A DNA stretch of 64,000 nt from Nemertoderma westbladi (taxonomy: Eukaryota; Animalia; Xenacoelomorpha). Position numbers and translations under genes: made by a program. Where the stretch lies: assembly GCA_032718475.1 (NCBI GenBank), contig JAUCBJ010009006.1, positions 1-64,000 on the forward strand, given 5' to 3'. The notes under the pieces were generated by a model. It was given only the letters and a program-made list of their open reading frames with translations. It had not been told where the DNA came from and searched no databases. Below, piece by piece: positions 37,279 through 51,070 of the stretch (positions within the stretch are counted from its first letter, which is position 1; each line of letters starts with the position of its first letter).

Positions 37279-38921
37279 TCTATATTGTTCACAATATATC
37301 CATATTGGGAGCAATAATTATTAGCTCAAATTAATTAGTTACAATCCATTCAATATTCAAATAAAAATAATGTTAATTTAATTTAATTACATTTTATCGT
37401 AAAATAATTCATAGTGTCGAAGATTCACTGGGCAGGTGTAAAACGCGGATCCGGATTCCAAAATTATCAATTAAGGGAACGGAGCAGGTTACAGTGGCAC
37501 GTTATTTAAACCAAAACAATGAACTAAAGTCAATTGAACAGGTTATAGTTTTATTTTTGGGAGTTTATAAAAATGTAAAAAAATCGACTTCCGAGGGACA
37601 ATGTTAAATGTAGAATCCGGATCCGCGTTTTACTGTGACCCAGATTCACTGAGGTTTTATGCAAACTTTTATCAATAGAGCGATGATTATATTGAATTCG
37701 CCACTAATTGAATGCCACCCCAAATTAGATGATTTCATACTAAAAAAATTATTTAGCACCAAATATATTTTGTTGTAGCACCAATTCACATCCCCAATTT
37801 TGAATATCCCTCTCACCAAAAACAATTATTCATCCCCCAAAACCAGGCCCGTATGGTGACCATAATATCTGGGGGGGGGGGGGGGGGGGCAGAGGCCAAA
37901 TCTGGGGGGCATATAGCTTTCGTTTATTATTTTGGTTCCCCCAACACGCCTCTGTAACCTGCTCCTTTACTAACTGTAACAACACGCCTCTGTAACCTGC
38001 TCCTTGTAGAGTGTTTGCGAACCGTTAAGGTGGCGTACAACTCTGCATTCAGACATCTATTTGAGTATAGGCGTTGCGACGACGCTGACACAATATTTGT
38101 CTGCCACCGTGTTAACAACTTCAAAGCTGTCAGCCGGGTACTGGCATTCTCGTTGCGTAATCGCGTCGCAATTTCCTGCAATCCAATCCTTGTACAGTAG
38201 CTTGTGCAAACTTAGGTTACTCATCTCTCACTGATCGATGGGATGTGCTGCTTCTGTAATGCTCACCCCCCACTTCATGGCTTGCCCCCACATTATCGCG
38301 GCCTTCTCATATTTCAAATCCTTGCAAATATTATATAATATGAATTAATTCAATGTATATCTTATTATTTTTTTTTGAATACATCACACGCTACCGGTAC
38401 TCAATTTTAATATTTAATATTTTGAATTCAGTAATGGGAATTGCTATTCTTTCGGTATTGGTTGGGCAGTGCCTGAGTGTATCTTTTTTTTGTTTTTTTT
38501 TGTATAATATTGTGCTTTCAAATTGCAAATGCGGTACCTTGGATATCGATTTAATTTAGTATTCTATATAGTATTCAATGTATCCTTGTGCATTTAGGTA
38601 TTAATTGTGCTATGCTGTTAAATTTGGTAGTAATAATCTGTACAGTATGTTTTATGGGCTCTGCCCGATGAATAAACTTGAAATTGAAAAATTGAAATTT
38701 ACTAACCTGCACCTTTAAAAGGGAATGGGAAATGGGACCTAACGCTCTTTGGGACGACTTTACCTCTTTGCTTTGTACAGAAAGGGCAGTAAAGTTCTTT
38801 GATCTTTGTTTTATACTCACCCGACGATCCTCGTACCAATAGCGCCACTGAGTGTCTGTTTATTTTGGTAGAATATTTGATTATTTTGGGGGAAATAAGC
38901 ATTTTTTTTTTGGGGAATATG

Positions 38922-41324
38922 TTTTATCCGCTGAGACATACCGAATTACCTTTCAGCGACCTTTTTATCCACTGAGACATAAAAATTCTCTTTCAGCAAC
39001 CTTTTTATCCGCTGAGACATACAAAATTATCTTTCAGCAACCTTTTTATCCGCTGAGACATACAGAATTATCTTTCAGCGACCTTTTTATCCGCTGAGAC
39101 ATACAAAATTATCTTTCAGCGACCTTTTTATCCGCTGAGACATACAAAATTATCTTTCAGCGACCTTTTTATCCGCTGAGACATACAAAATTCTCTTTCA
39201 GCGGCCTTTTTATCCGCTGAGACATACAAAATTCTCTTTCAGCGACCTTTTTATCCGCTGAGACATACAAAATTATCTTTCAGCGACCTTTTTATCCGCT
39301 GAGACATACAAAATTATCTTTCAGCGGCCTTTTTATCCGCTGAGACATACAAAATTCTCTTTCAGCGGCCTTTTTATCCGCTGAGACATACAGAATTCTG
39401 TTTCAGCGACCTTTTTATCCGTTGAGACATACAAAATTCTCTTTCAGCGACCTTTTTATCCGCTGAGACATACAAAATTATCTTTCAGCGACCTTTTTAT
39501 CCGCTGAGACATACAAAATTATCTTTCAGCGACCTTTTTATCCGCTGAGACATACAAAATTCTCTTTCAGCGGCCTTTTTATCCGCTGAGACATACAAAA
39601 TTCTCTTTCAGCGACCTTTTTATCCGCTGAGACATACAAAATTCTCTTTCAGCGACCTTTTTATCCGCTGAGACATACAAAATTATCTTTCAGCGACCTT
39701 TTTATCCGCTGAGACATACAAAATTATCTTTCAGCGACCTTTTTATCCGCTGAGACATACAAAATTCTCTTTCAGCGGCCTTTTTATCCGCTGAGACATA
39801 CAAAATTATCTTTCAGCGACCTTTTTATCCGCTGAGACATACAGAATTCTCTTTCAGCGGCCTTTTTATCCGCTGAGACATACAAAATTATCTTTCAGCG
39901 ACCTTTTTATCCGCTGAGACATACAAAATTCTCTTTCAGCGACCTTTTTATCCGCTGAGACATACAAAATTATCTTTCAGCGACCTTTTTATCCGCTGAG
40001 ACATACAAAATTATCTTTCAGCGACCTTTTTATCCGCTGAGACATACAAAATTCTCTTTCAGCGACCTTTTTATCCGCTGAGACATACAAAATTATCTTT
40101 CAGCGACCTTTTTATCCGCTGAGACATACAAAATTCTCTTTCAGCGACCTTTTTATCCGCTGAGACATACAAAATTCTCTTTCAGCGGCCTTTTTATCCG
40201 CTGAGACATACAGAATTATCTTTCAGCGACCTTTTTATCCGCTGAGACATACAAAATTCTCTTTCAGCGGCCTTTTTATCCGCTGAGACATACAAAATTA
40301 TCTTTCAGCGACCTTTTTATCCGCTGAGACATACAAAATTCTCTTTCAGCGGCCTTTTTATCCGCTGAGACATACAAAATTCTCTTTCAGCGGCCTTTTT
40401 ATCCGCTGAGACATACAAAATTATCTTTCAGCAACCTTTTTATCCGCTGAGACATACAAAATTATCTTTCAGCGACCTTTTTATCCGCTGAGACATACAA
40501 AATTCTCTTTCAGCGGCCTTTTTATCCGCTGAGACATACAAAATTATCTTTCAGCGACCTTTTTATCCGCTGAGACATACAAAATTCTCTTTCAGCGACC
40601 TTTTTATCCGCTGAGACATACAAAATTATCTTTCAGCGACCTTTTTATCCGCTGAGACATACAAAATTCTCTTTCAGCGACCTTTTTATCCGCTGAGACA
40701 TACAAAATTCTCTTTCAGCGGCCTTTTTATCCGCTGAGACATACAGAATTCTCTTTCAGCGACCTTTTTATCCGCTGAGACATACAGAATTCTCTTTCAG
40801 CGACCTTTTTATCCGCTGAGACATACAAAATTATCTTTCAGCAACCTTTTTATCCGCTGAGACATACAAAATTATCTTTCAGCGACCTTTTTATCCGCTG
40901 AGACATACAAAATTCTCTTTCAGCGGCCTTTTTATCCGCTGAGACATACAAAATTATCTTTCAGCGACCTTTTTATCCGCTGAGACATACAAAATTATCT
41001 TTCAGCGACCTTTTTATCCGCTGAGACATACAAAATTATCTTTCAGCGACCTTTTTATCCGCTGAGACATACAAAATTATCTTTCAGCGACCTTTTTATC
41101 CGCTGAGACATACAAAATTCTCTTTCAGCGGCCTTTTTATCCGCTGAGACATACAAAATTATCTTTCAGCGACCTTTTTATCCGCTGAGACATACAAAAT
41201 TCTCTTTCAGCGACCTTTTTATCCGCTGAGACATACAAAATTCTCTTTCAGCAACCTTTTTATCCGCTGAGACATACAAAATTATCTTTCAGCGACCTTT
41301 TTATCCGCTGAGACATACAAAATT
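38922..41324. repeat. 41-bp satellite array 6 (~59 monomers)
   Basis: Same monomer, few variants. Confidence 0.97.
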
Positions 41325-42971
41325 TCTATATTGTTCACAATATATCCATATTGGGAGCAATAATTATTAGCTCAAATTAATTAGTTACAATCCATTCAAT
41401 ATTCAAATAAAAATAATGTTAATTTAATTTAATTACATTTTATCGTAAAATAATTCATAGTGTCGAAGATTCACTGGGCAGGTGTAAAACGCGGATCCGG
41501 ATTCCAAAATTATCAATTAAGGGAACGGAGCAGGTTACAGTGGCACGTTATTTAAACCAAAACAATAAACTAAAGTCAATTGAACAGGTTATAGTTTTAT
41601 TTTTGGGAGTTTATAAAAATGTAAAAAAAATCGACTTCCGAGGGACAATGTTAAATGTAGAATCCGGATCCGCGTTTTACTGTGACCCAGATTCACTGAG
41701 GTTTTATGCAAACTTTTATCAATAGAGCGATGATTATATTGAATTCGCCACTAATTGAATGCCACCCCAAATTAGATGATTTCATACCAAAAAAATTATT
41801 TAGCACCAAATATATTTTGTTGTAGCACCAATTCACATCCCCAATTTTGAATATCCCTCTCACCAAAAACAATTATTCATCCCCCAAAACCAGGCCCGTA
41901 TGGTGACCATAATATCTGGGGGGGGGGGGGGGGGGGGGGCAGAGGCCAAATCTGGGGGGCATATAGCTTTCGTTTATTATTTTGGTTCCCCCAACACGCC
42001 TCTGTAACCTGCTCCTTTACTAACTGTAACAACACGCCTCTGTAACCTGCTCCTTGTAGAGTGTTTGCGAACCGTTAAGGTGGCGTACAACTCTGCATTC
42101 AGACATCTATTTGAGTATAGGCGTTGCGACGACGCTGACACAATATTTGTCTGCCACCGTGTTAACAACTTCAAAGCTGTCAGCCGGGTACTGGCATTCT
42201 CGTTGCGTAATCGCGTCGCAATTTCCTGCAATCCAATCCTTGTACAGTAGCTTGTGCAAACTTAGGTTACTCATCTCTCACTGATCGATGGGATGTGCTG
42301 CTTCTGTAATGCTCACCCCCCACTTCATGGCTTGCCCCCACATTATCGCGGCCTTCTCATATTTCAAATCCTTGCAAATATTATATAATATGAATTAATT
42401 CAATGTATATCTTATTATTTTTTTTTGAATACATCACACGCTACCGGTACTCAATTTTAATATTTAATATTTTGAATTCAGTAATGGGAATTGCTATTCT
42501 TTCGGTATTGGTTGGGCAGTGCCTGAGTGTATCTTTTTTTTGTTTTTTTTTGTATAATATTGTGCTTTCAAATTGCAAATGCGGTACCTTGGATATCGAT
42601 TTAATTTAGTATTCTATATAGTATTCAATGTATCCTTGTGCATTTAGGTATTAATTGTGCTATGCTGTTAAATTTGGTAGTAATAATCTGTACAGTATGT
42701 TTTATGGGCTCTGCCCGATGAATAAATTTGAAATTGAAAAATTGAAATTTACTAACCTGCACCTTTAAAAGGGAATGGGAAATGGGACCTAACGCTCTTT
42801 GGGACGACTTTACCTCTTTGCTTTGTACAGAAAGGGCAGTAAAGTTCTTTGATCTTTGTTTTATACTCACCCGACGATCCTCGTACCAATAGCGCCACTG
42901 AGTGTCTGTTTATTTTGGTAGAATATTTGATTATTTTGGGGGAAATAAGCATTTTTTTTTTGGGGAATATG

Positions 42972-44430
42972 TTTTATCCGCTGAGACATACCGAATTACC
43001 TTTCAGCGACCTTTTTATCCACTGAGACATAAAAATTCTCTTTCAGCAACCTTTTTATCCGCTGAGACATACAAAATTATCTTTCAGCAACCTTTTTATC
43101 CGCTGAGACATACAAAATTCTCTTTCAGCGACCTTTTTATCCGCTGAGACATACAAAATTCTCTTTCAGCGACCTTTTTATCCGCTGAGACATACAAAAT
43201 TATCTTTCAGCGACCTTTTTATCCGCTGAGACATACAAAATTCTCTTTCAGCGGCCTTTTTATCCGCTGAGACATACAAAATTCTCTTTCAGCGACCTTT
43301 TTATCCGCTGAGACATACAAAATTCTCTTTCAGCGACCTTTTTATCCGCTGAGACATACAGAATTATCTTTCAGCGACCTTTTTATCCGCTGAGACATAC
43401 AAAATTCTCTTTCAGCGGCCTTTTTATCCGCTGAGACATACAAAATTCTCTTTCAGCAACCTTTTTATCCGCTGAGACATACAAAATTCTCTTTCAGCGG
43501 CCTTTTTATCCGCTGAGACATACAAAATTCTCTTTCAGCGGCCTTTTTATCCGCTGAGACATACAAAATTCTCTTTCAGCGGCCTTTTTATCCGCTGAGA
43601 CATACAGAATTCTCTTTCAGCGACCTTTTTATCCGCTGAGACATACAAAATTCTCTTTCAGCGGCCTTTTTATCCGCTGAGACATACAAAATTATCTTTC
43701 AGCGACCTTTTTATCCGCTGAGACATACAAAATTCTCTTTCAGCGGCCTTTTTATCCGCTGAGACATACAAAATTCTCTTTCAGCGGCCTTTTTATCCGC
43801 TGAGACATACAAAATTCTCTTTCAGCGGCCTTTTTATCCGCTGAGACATACAAAATTCTCTTTCAGCGACCTTTTTATCCGCTGAGACATACAAAATTCT
43901 CTTTCAGCGGCCTTTTTATCCGCTGAGACATACAAAATTCTCTTTCAGCGACCTTTTTATCCGCTGAGACATACAAAATTCTCTTTCAGCGGCCTTTTTA
44001 TCCGCTGAGACATACAAAATTCTCTTTCAGCGGCCTTTTTATCCGCTGAGACATACAAAATTCTCTTTCAGCGGCCTTTTTATCCGCTGAGACATACAAA
44101 ATTATCTTTCAGCGACCTTTTTATCCGCTGAGACATACAAAATTCTCTTTCAGCGGCCTTTTTATCCGCTGAGACATACAAAATTATCTTTCAGCGACCT
44201 TTTTATCCGCTGAGACATACAAAATTCTCTTTCAGCGGCCTTTTTATCCGCTGAGACATACAAAATTCTCTTTCAGCGGCCTTTTTATCCGCTGAGACAT
44301 ACACAATTCTGTTTCAGCGACCTTTTTATCCGTTGAGACATACAAAATTCTCTTTCAGCAACCTTTTATCCGCCGAGACATACAAAATTATCTTTTAGCG
44401 ACCTTTTTATCCGCTGAGACATACAAAATT
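42972..44430. repeat. 41-bp satellite array 7 (~36 monomers)
   Basis: Same monomer, few variants. Confidence 0.97.
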
Positions 44431-46076
44431 TCTATATTGTTCACAATATATCCATATTGGGAGCAATAATTATTAGCTCAAATTAATTAGTTACAATCCA
44501 TTCAATATTGAAATAAAAATAATGTTAATTTAATTTAATTACATTTTATCGTAAAATAATTCATAGTGTCGAAGATTCACTGGGCAGGTGTAAAACGCGG
44601 ATCCGGATTCCAAAATTATCAATTAAGGGAACGGAGCAGGTTACAGTGGCACGTTATTTAAACCAAAACAATAAACTAAAGTCAATTGAACAGGTTATAG
44701 TTTTATTTTTGGGAGTTTATAAAAATGTAAAAAAAATCGACTTCCGAGGGACAATGTTAAATGTAGAATCCGGATCCGCGTTTTACTGTGACCCAGATTC
44801 ACTGAGGTTTTATGCAAACTTTTATCAATAGAGCGATGATTATATTGAATTCGCCACTAATTGAATGCCACCCCAAATTAGATGATTTCATACCAAAAAA
44901 ATTATTTAGCACCAAATATATTTTGTTGTAGCACCAATTCACATCCCCAATTTTGAATATCCCTCTCACCAAAAACAATTATTCATCCCCCAAAACCAGG
45001 CCCGTATGGTGACCATAATATCTGGGGGGGGGGGGGGGGGCAGAGGCCAAATCTGGGGGGCATATAGCTTTCGTTTATTGTTTTGGTTCCCCCAACACGC
45101 CTCTGTAACCTGCTCCTTTACTAACTGTAACAACACGCCTCTGTAACCTGCTCCTTGTAGAGTGTTTGCGAACCGTTAAGGTGGCGTACAACTCTGCATT
45201 CAGACATCTATTTGAGTATAGGCGTTGCGACGACGCTGACACAATATTTGTCTGCCACCGTGTTAACAACTTCAAAGCTGTCAGCCGGGTACTGGCATTC
45301 TATTTGCGTAATCGCGTCGCAATTTCCTGCAATCCAATCCTTGTACAGTAGCTTGTGCTGTGCAAACTTAGGTTACTCATCTCTCACTGAACGATGGGAT
45401 GTGCTGCTTCTGTAATGCTCACCCCCCACTTCATGGCTTGCCCCCACATTATCGCGGCCTTCTCATATTTCAAATCCTTGCAAATATTATATAATATGAA
45501 TTAATTCAATGTATATCTTATTATTTTTTTTTGAATACATCACACGCTACCGGTACTCAATTTTAATATTTAATATTTTGAATTCAGTAATGGGAATTGC
45601 TATTCTTTCGGTATTGGTTGGGCAGTGCCTGAGTGTATCTTTTTTTTGTTTTTTTTTGTATAATATTGTGCTTTCAAATTGCAAATGCGGTACCTTGGAT
45701 ATCGATTTAATTTAGTATTCTATATAGTATTCAATGTATCCTTGTGCATTTAGGTATTAATTGTGCTATGCTGTTAAATTTGGTAGTAATAATCTGTACA
45801 GTATGTTTTATGGGCTCTGCCCGATTAATAAATTTGAAATTGAAAAATTGAAATTTACTAACCTGCACCTTTAAAAGGGAGTGGGAAATGGGACCTAACG
45901 CTCTTTGGGACGACTTTACCTCTTTGCTTTGTACAGAAAGGGCAGTAAAGTTCTTTGATCTTTGTTTTATACTCACCCGACGATCCTCGTACCAATAGCG
46001 CCACTGAGTGTCTGTTTATTTTGGTAGAATATTTGATTATTTTGGGGGAAATAAGCATTTTTTTTTGGGGAATATG

Positions 46077-46635
46077 TTTTATCCGCTGAGACATACAGAA
46101 TTATCTTTCAGCGACCTTTTTATCCGCTGAGACATACAAAATTATCTTTCAGCGACCTTTTTATCCGCTGAGACATACAAAATTATCTTTCAGCGACCTT
46201 TTTATCCGCAGAGACATACAAAATTCTCTTTCAGCGGCCTTTTTATCCGCTGAGACATATAAAATTCTCTTTCAGCGGCCTTTTTATCCGCTGAGACATA
46301 CAAAATTCTCTTTCAGCGGCCTTTTTATCCGCTGAGACATACAAAATTCTCTTTCAGCGGCCTTTTTATCCGCTGAGACATACAAAATTCTCTTTCAGCG
46401 GCCTTTTTATCCGCTGAGACATACAAAATTATCTTTCAGCGGCCTTTTTATCCGCTGAGACATACAGAATTATCTTTCAGCGACCTTTTTATCCGCTGAG
46501 ACATACACAATTCTGTTTCAGCGACCTTTTTATCCGTTGAGACATACAAAATTCTCTTTCAGCAACCTTTTTATCCGCCGAGACATACAAAATTATCTTT
46601 CAGCGACCTTTTTATCCGCTGAGACATACAAAATT
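46077..46635. repeat. 41-bp satellite array 8 (~14 monomers)
   Basis: Same monomer; shortest array. Confidence 0.97.
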
Positions 46636-47209
46636 TCTATATTGTTCACAATATATCCATATTGGGAGCAATAATTATTAGCTCAAATTAATTAGTTACA
46701 ATCCATTCAATATTGAAATAAAAATAATGTTAATTTAATTTAATTACATTTTATCGTAAAATAATTCATAGTGTCGAAGATTCACTGGGCAGGTGTAAAA
46801 CGCGGATCCGGATTCCAAAATTATCAATTAAGGGAACGGAGCAGGTTACAGTGGCACGTTATTTAAACCAAAACAATAAACTAAAGTCAATTGAACAGGT
46901 TATAGTTTTATTTTTGGGAGTTTATAAAAATGTAAAAAAAATCGACTTCCGAGGGACAATGTTAAATGTAGAATCCGGATCCGCGTTTTACTGTGACCCA
47001 GATTCACTGAGGTTTTATGCAAACTTTTATCAATAGAGCGATGATTATATTGAATTCGCCACTAATTGAATGCCACCCCAAATTAGATGATTTCATACCA
47101 AAAAAATTATTTAGCACCAAATATATTTTGTTGTAGCACCAATTCACATCCCCAATTTTGAATATCCCTCTCACCAAAAACAATTATTCATCCCCCAAAA
47201 CCAGGCCCG

Positions 47210-48460
47210 TGTACGCGCTTTTGAAGACCTTTAGCAGTTTAACCTGCCAAAATTTATATGTCTTTTGGTTTATGTTCAGACTTTAGAAATTGACAAATAT
47301 TTAATACCAATAAACACAACATTAGCCGAAGCCAGCCTAGTGCGCGTCCATTCACCCGCTGGATATTCCCGGGAGACTGGGTTCGGATGTGGCTTAAATT
47401 TTATTATTGCAGTGAAGCCTACTGTATTATTCGATTGATCGTTAATAAGTAATTTCTGACAAATATTATTCACTTTCGGGAAATATTAACAGTTCCTTTA
47501 GGACGTGGCGCTCTACCTAAGTAAACAGAGTTATGACTTATACTACACGCAACGGTAAGGCTTATAATTCACGTATAAGGCGCATTCTTTAGGAAATGCT
47601 TTGTTATCGGTCACAATCATGCACACTACCGGTACCGCACAATACTGCACACTAATCTGCCGACCGTCAATGAATTTGATCACACATGAAGAGAACAGCA
47701 ATTGACCTATGTAGTGTCTATCAAATAGCATTAGGTTCACTACAAACCACGATAACATAAGTCGCAATTGTTATATATAGCCTGTCTCTCTAACCTGTAG
47801 TGTATCAAGAAAATTGGGAAATTTGGGTTCTTTATAGATGTTCTCCAAATAATAATATTCAACCAACTGATAAACACAACAGTAAATAACATTAAGACGG
47901 TAGGTTAAGATAATGTAACACGCTGACAATGCAGCAAACACAACCGATCGGGCAGATCGGGCCGAGTTGTGGGTTATATGCCGTTGGGCAGTTGGGCCGA
48001 TAACAGTTATACGTTCTATAATTTAAGCCTACTAATGTTTTACTAAAAGTCTGAAACGAGTCATTCCAAAAGCCGATGTTCTGGCGTAGGAGGAATAACA
48101 ACACTGTCCTCTGTCCCTGTTGCAGGTATCTTTTACACAGAGAGGAATAGCTCTCATTGGCAGAACACCAGATTCCACAGGTTCCACGAATATCTAAATG
48201 CCGAACTATCAGGATTTTTGCATCCCTTGGCCAGCACACAAAATGAGTCACTCCGCTCGGTTGTCCTGGTTGCATACTCTGCTGCTATAGCTCTGGTTGG
48301 CCGATAGAACATAGCAAAGAACCCCTCGTACAGCAAATCAGCCAATCAGCCGGTCGCTTGTACCATTCGAGTTAGTGAGCCTTTTAGAGTATTCCAGCGC
48401 CTGGGGGGAAACTGGATTGCAAAGCAAAAGGGCCAGTTATATCCCACAGAAGCTTTTACA
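47210..48460 (-). repeat. 3' LTR of BEL element 2
   Basis: TGTA...TACA termini with imperfect inverted repeat (TGTACGCGCTT vs TGTAAAAGCTT); matches 58082-59332. Confidence 0.95.
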
Positions 48461-48468
48461 CCGCTCCC
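48461..48468 (-). promoter_or_regulatory. Polypurine tract of BEL element 2
   Basis: Minus strand reads GGGAGCGG immediately before TGTAAAAG. Confidence 0.8.
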
Positions 48469-48538
48469 AGAAAATGGGATTTAAGTCTATAAAATATACA
48501 AAATCACAGTTTCTAATATACGTAAATACTCTAAACAG

Positions 48539-48871
48539 TTAATCTTTCTTACGCGGACGGCGTTTACGCAGTTTTTTAAAGCTAGCCAGAGTCTTTTTCT
48601 CTTTGGGGCGAGCCACTTTACAAGGAGGGCTATAACTCCTGGGTGAAGGGTGCAATATGATTGCATCAGAGGGTATAGGATTATGGTCGGTGTATCCGCC
48701 GGTCGAAGTGCCGGGTTGGTTGACATCAACGTCGGGGAAGAGGGGTCTAACGGCCTTTAGAGCGCGTTTTAGGATAGCCGCTCTTACGGGTCCTTTACGA
48801 GTGGTCTGAACGAGAGCCGTAGGTGGACCATAGGCAGTTAGAAACTTCCTGGGTTTAATGGTTCTTTCCAA
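48539..48871 (-). CDS. Basic ORF overlapping the end of the accessory ORF; possibly its frameshifted C-terminus
   Basis: Frame is open from ~48933 (LTPELQEVYRRPYEYRARERELERTIKPRK...) and ends in the NLS-like KKLRKRRPRKKD, 70 nt before the PPT. Confidence 0.4.
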   Translation of the reverse strand: MERTIKPRKFLTAYGPPTALVQTTRKGPVRAAILKRALKAVRPLFPDVDVNQPGTSTGGYTDHNPIPSDAIILHPSPRSYSPPCKVARPKEKKTLASFKKLRKRRPRKKD

Positions 48872-49986
48872 CTCGCGTTCGCGGGCTCGGTATTCGTAAG
48901 GCCGTCGATATACTTCCTGTAACTCGGGTGTGAGTTAACAAATAAGTCTCCATAGCCCGGATCTTGACGGATAAAATTGATTAAGTTATAGGAATGAATG
49001 TCGCTAGGATTAACACTCCTGAGAAATTTGCGTACGAATTTGGTTGAAATACATTCTCCGACGCGCTTCAGTAGTTCGTAACTCGATATGCGTGATTTCT
49101 GTTCGACAGAAGCGAATAGATAAGGATGGAATGCATAAACTCCTTCGTAAGCGCGTCCAGGATAATAGCGATGGCGCGAATCACAATGTAAATCAGTGTT
49201 CGCTTCCCAAGCTCTGATGTAACGTAGTGTGATCATTTCATCTACGCTTTCCAAATCGTGATTAAAAGGGCAATCGAAACTGGCGTATCCCTTTAGTTGA
49301 CAATGGTGACATTGAGTCATAAATTGAGGGCAAACCGCAAAAATATGCAAGTTATTGAGTCTGCAATATGCGCAATAAATTTCCATCGCCGGTTGTTCGT
49401 GGAAATAGGAACAGCGGATGTTTGTGTCCATGGGCGTAACATGGTCTCTCGATGCGCATAACCGACAACGTTGCCGAGAAACATAGTTGGCATGGCGATA
49501 ACTGTACGCAGTGAGACACTGTGGACCTTGATACCATTCTAGGATGTAATCGTTGTCGCTGTTCCGGGCGCGATAGGCTGAATCTCCTCAGATTCTAGGC
49601 ATATTGGTTCGTCTTCCCAGTCTGTTACGAATAGAATTTTCGTGATCTATTATCGGTTTATCGTTACGACTCCGCTGGGTATGATATTTAAATAGAACCA
49701 TTTCCCTTTCGGTGTATACATCGTCCGTATCATGTAAATCGATAGGATGGCCGGTAGTTATGAAGTCCATATACGTACTGTTACGATTCGTATAGCGAGC
49801 GGTGAATTTTCGATAGTCCAATTCAAGCGTAAGTGGCTCTTGGGACATCGGCGGTTCGATATAACGACCATCGTCCTCCGCAATGGTTGGATCGGTTTCA
49901 CCGCGTATCAAGCTATCCAAAAATGCTTGTAAAGGTAGAGTATATCGCTCCCTGATACCAAGATCATCTTCTATCAACTCCGTCAT
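48838..49986 (-). pseudogene. Accessory 3' ORF (~382 codons, one in-frame TGA at 49588-49590) with three zinc-knuckle-like motifs
   Basis: ORFs 49588-49986 and 48838-49431 share a frame, and the intervening 52 codons are open (GDSAYRARNSDNDYILEWYQGPQCLTAYSYRHANYVSRQRCRLCASRDHVTP). Motifs: CRLCASRDH-x9-C, CAYCRLNNLHIFAVC, CHHCQLKGYASFDC. Confidence 0.7.
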
Positions 49987-50057
49987 ATCTGCTATCTGAG
50001 TTTATTAATATCGAAATGAGTTTATGTTTAGGCGAGCGGACGTCGCTGCCTACCTCT

Positions 50058-50179
50058 CTTTGCCCCCGGACAGTGGGATTCTCAGCGCCGATGTACCGTC
50101 GTCGCGGTGTTTACGCCAACATGTAGCAACATCACGACAACGATAACCGGCACAAGTCACTCCACTGTCCGTCCCAAAG
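50058..50179 (-). ncRNA. Long imperfect RNA hairpin (~120 nt)
   Basis: Nested inverted repeats: CTTTG/CAAAG, CGGACAGTGG/CCACTGTCCG, GTGCCGGT/ATCGGCGC, TATCGTTGTCGTGATGTT/AACACCGCGACGACGGTA. Most non-Watson-Crick positions are G-U on the minus strand. Confidence 0.6.
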
Positions 50180-50804
50180 GCTTGAATCCACTTTAGGTTC
50201 TTTCTATAGGAGAGTTGGGCTACTTTCACAATTGCGACTAGCTACTGTAAACACACCTTAGCAGTAACATTCACCTACAAACGCACAAATTCCACACAAC
50301 TGTCACCAATTGTACACATACAGGCCATTTGTCCGTTAGTCAGTGCCTTCCAGAATGTCACGTTATTACTGCGTATCCTTGGATACTAACAGTGTGCTAT
50401 GTATTCTCTATGCTATGCAATGGGACAAGCTTTCTATTGTTCTTTTAACTTGCTTCTAATTCTAGCGTGGGTGTTGCTATGGTGACATTATGGAATGCTA
50501 GCGGTAGAATTAGGGTAATTCTCATGCATACAGATCTGGGATGCTATTTAATAATAATTCTTTAATTGTCAATATCCTCTTTATGCATGATTTTATTAAT
50601 TTTATCGGCTATTGACTATATGTTGGAGATTCTCGCACTCTAATACACTCAATAGGATGAATCTCCGCTCCCATGATCTATTAATTAATGGAATTTTGGG
50701 AATGTTATAAATTGCACAAAATGACAATTTATGAAATTCATTTAAAATATGAATTTAAATTTATTCCCGGGAATTTTATTATTTGATGTTAAAATTGACA
50801 CAAT

Positions 50805-51070
50805 TTTTTATTCCAGAGCATGTCTGGGGACTGAGGATCCTGAATTCTATAAAATTGTCTTTTAAGAGTATCGGTAAGTGCTACGATATCTTAATTGACT
50901 AGAAATTTTAAAGGATCTAAATTTTACAGATTTTAATAAATATTAAATTAATATTTAAGATGGGCACCGATTTATTCCAGAACTTGTCCGGGGACGTTAA
51001 CCACTGATTCTAGAATTTGTCTTTCAAGTATATCGGTGGGTGCCGCGATATCTTAATCGACTAGAATTAC
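50805..51070. repeat. Diverged direct repeat (~100-bp core, ~163-bp period) in 3' region of element 2
   Basis: TTTATTCCAGA...GGGGAC...TTCTA...TTGTCTTT...TATCGGT...CGATATCTTAAT.GACTAGAA occurs twice. Confidence 0.7.

Noticed and set aside
47276-48345. Short ORFs inside the LTRs of element 2 (repeated at 58148-59217)
   Set aside because: Short, mostly non-ATG starts and no motifs; duplicated only because they lie in the LTR.
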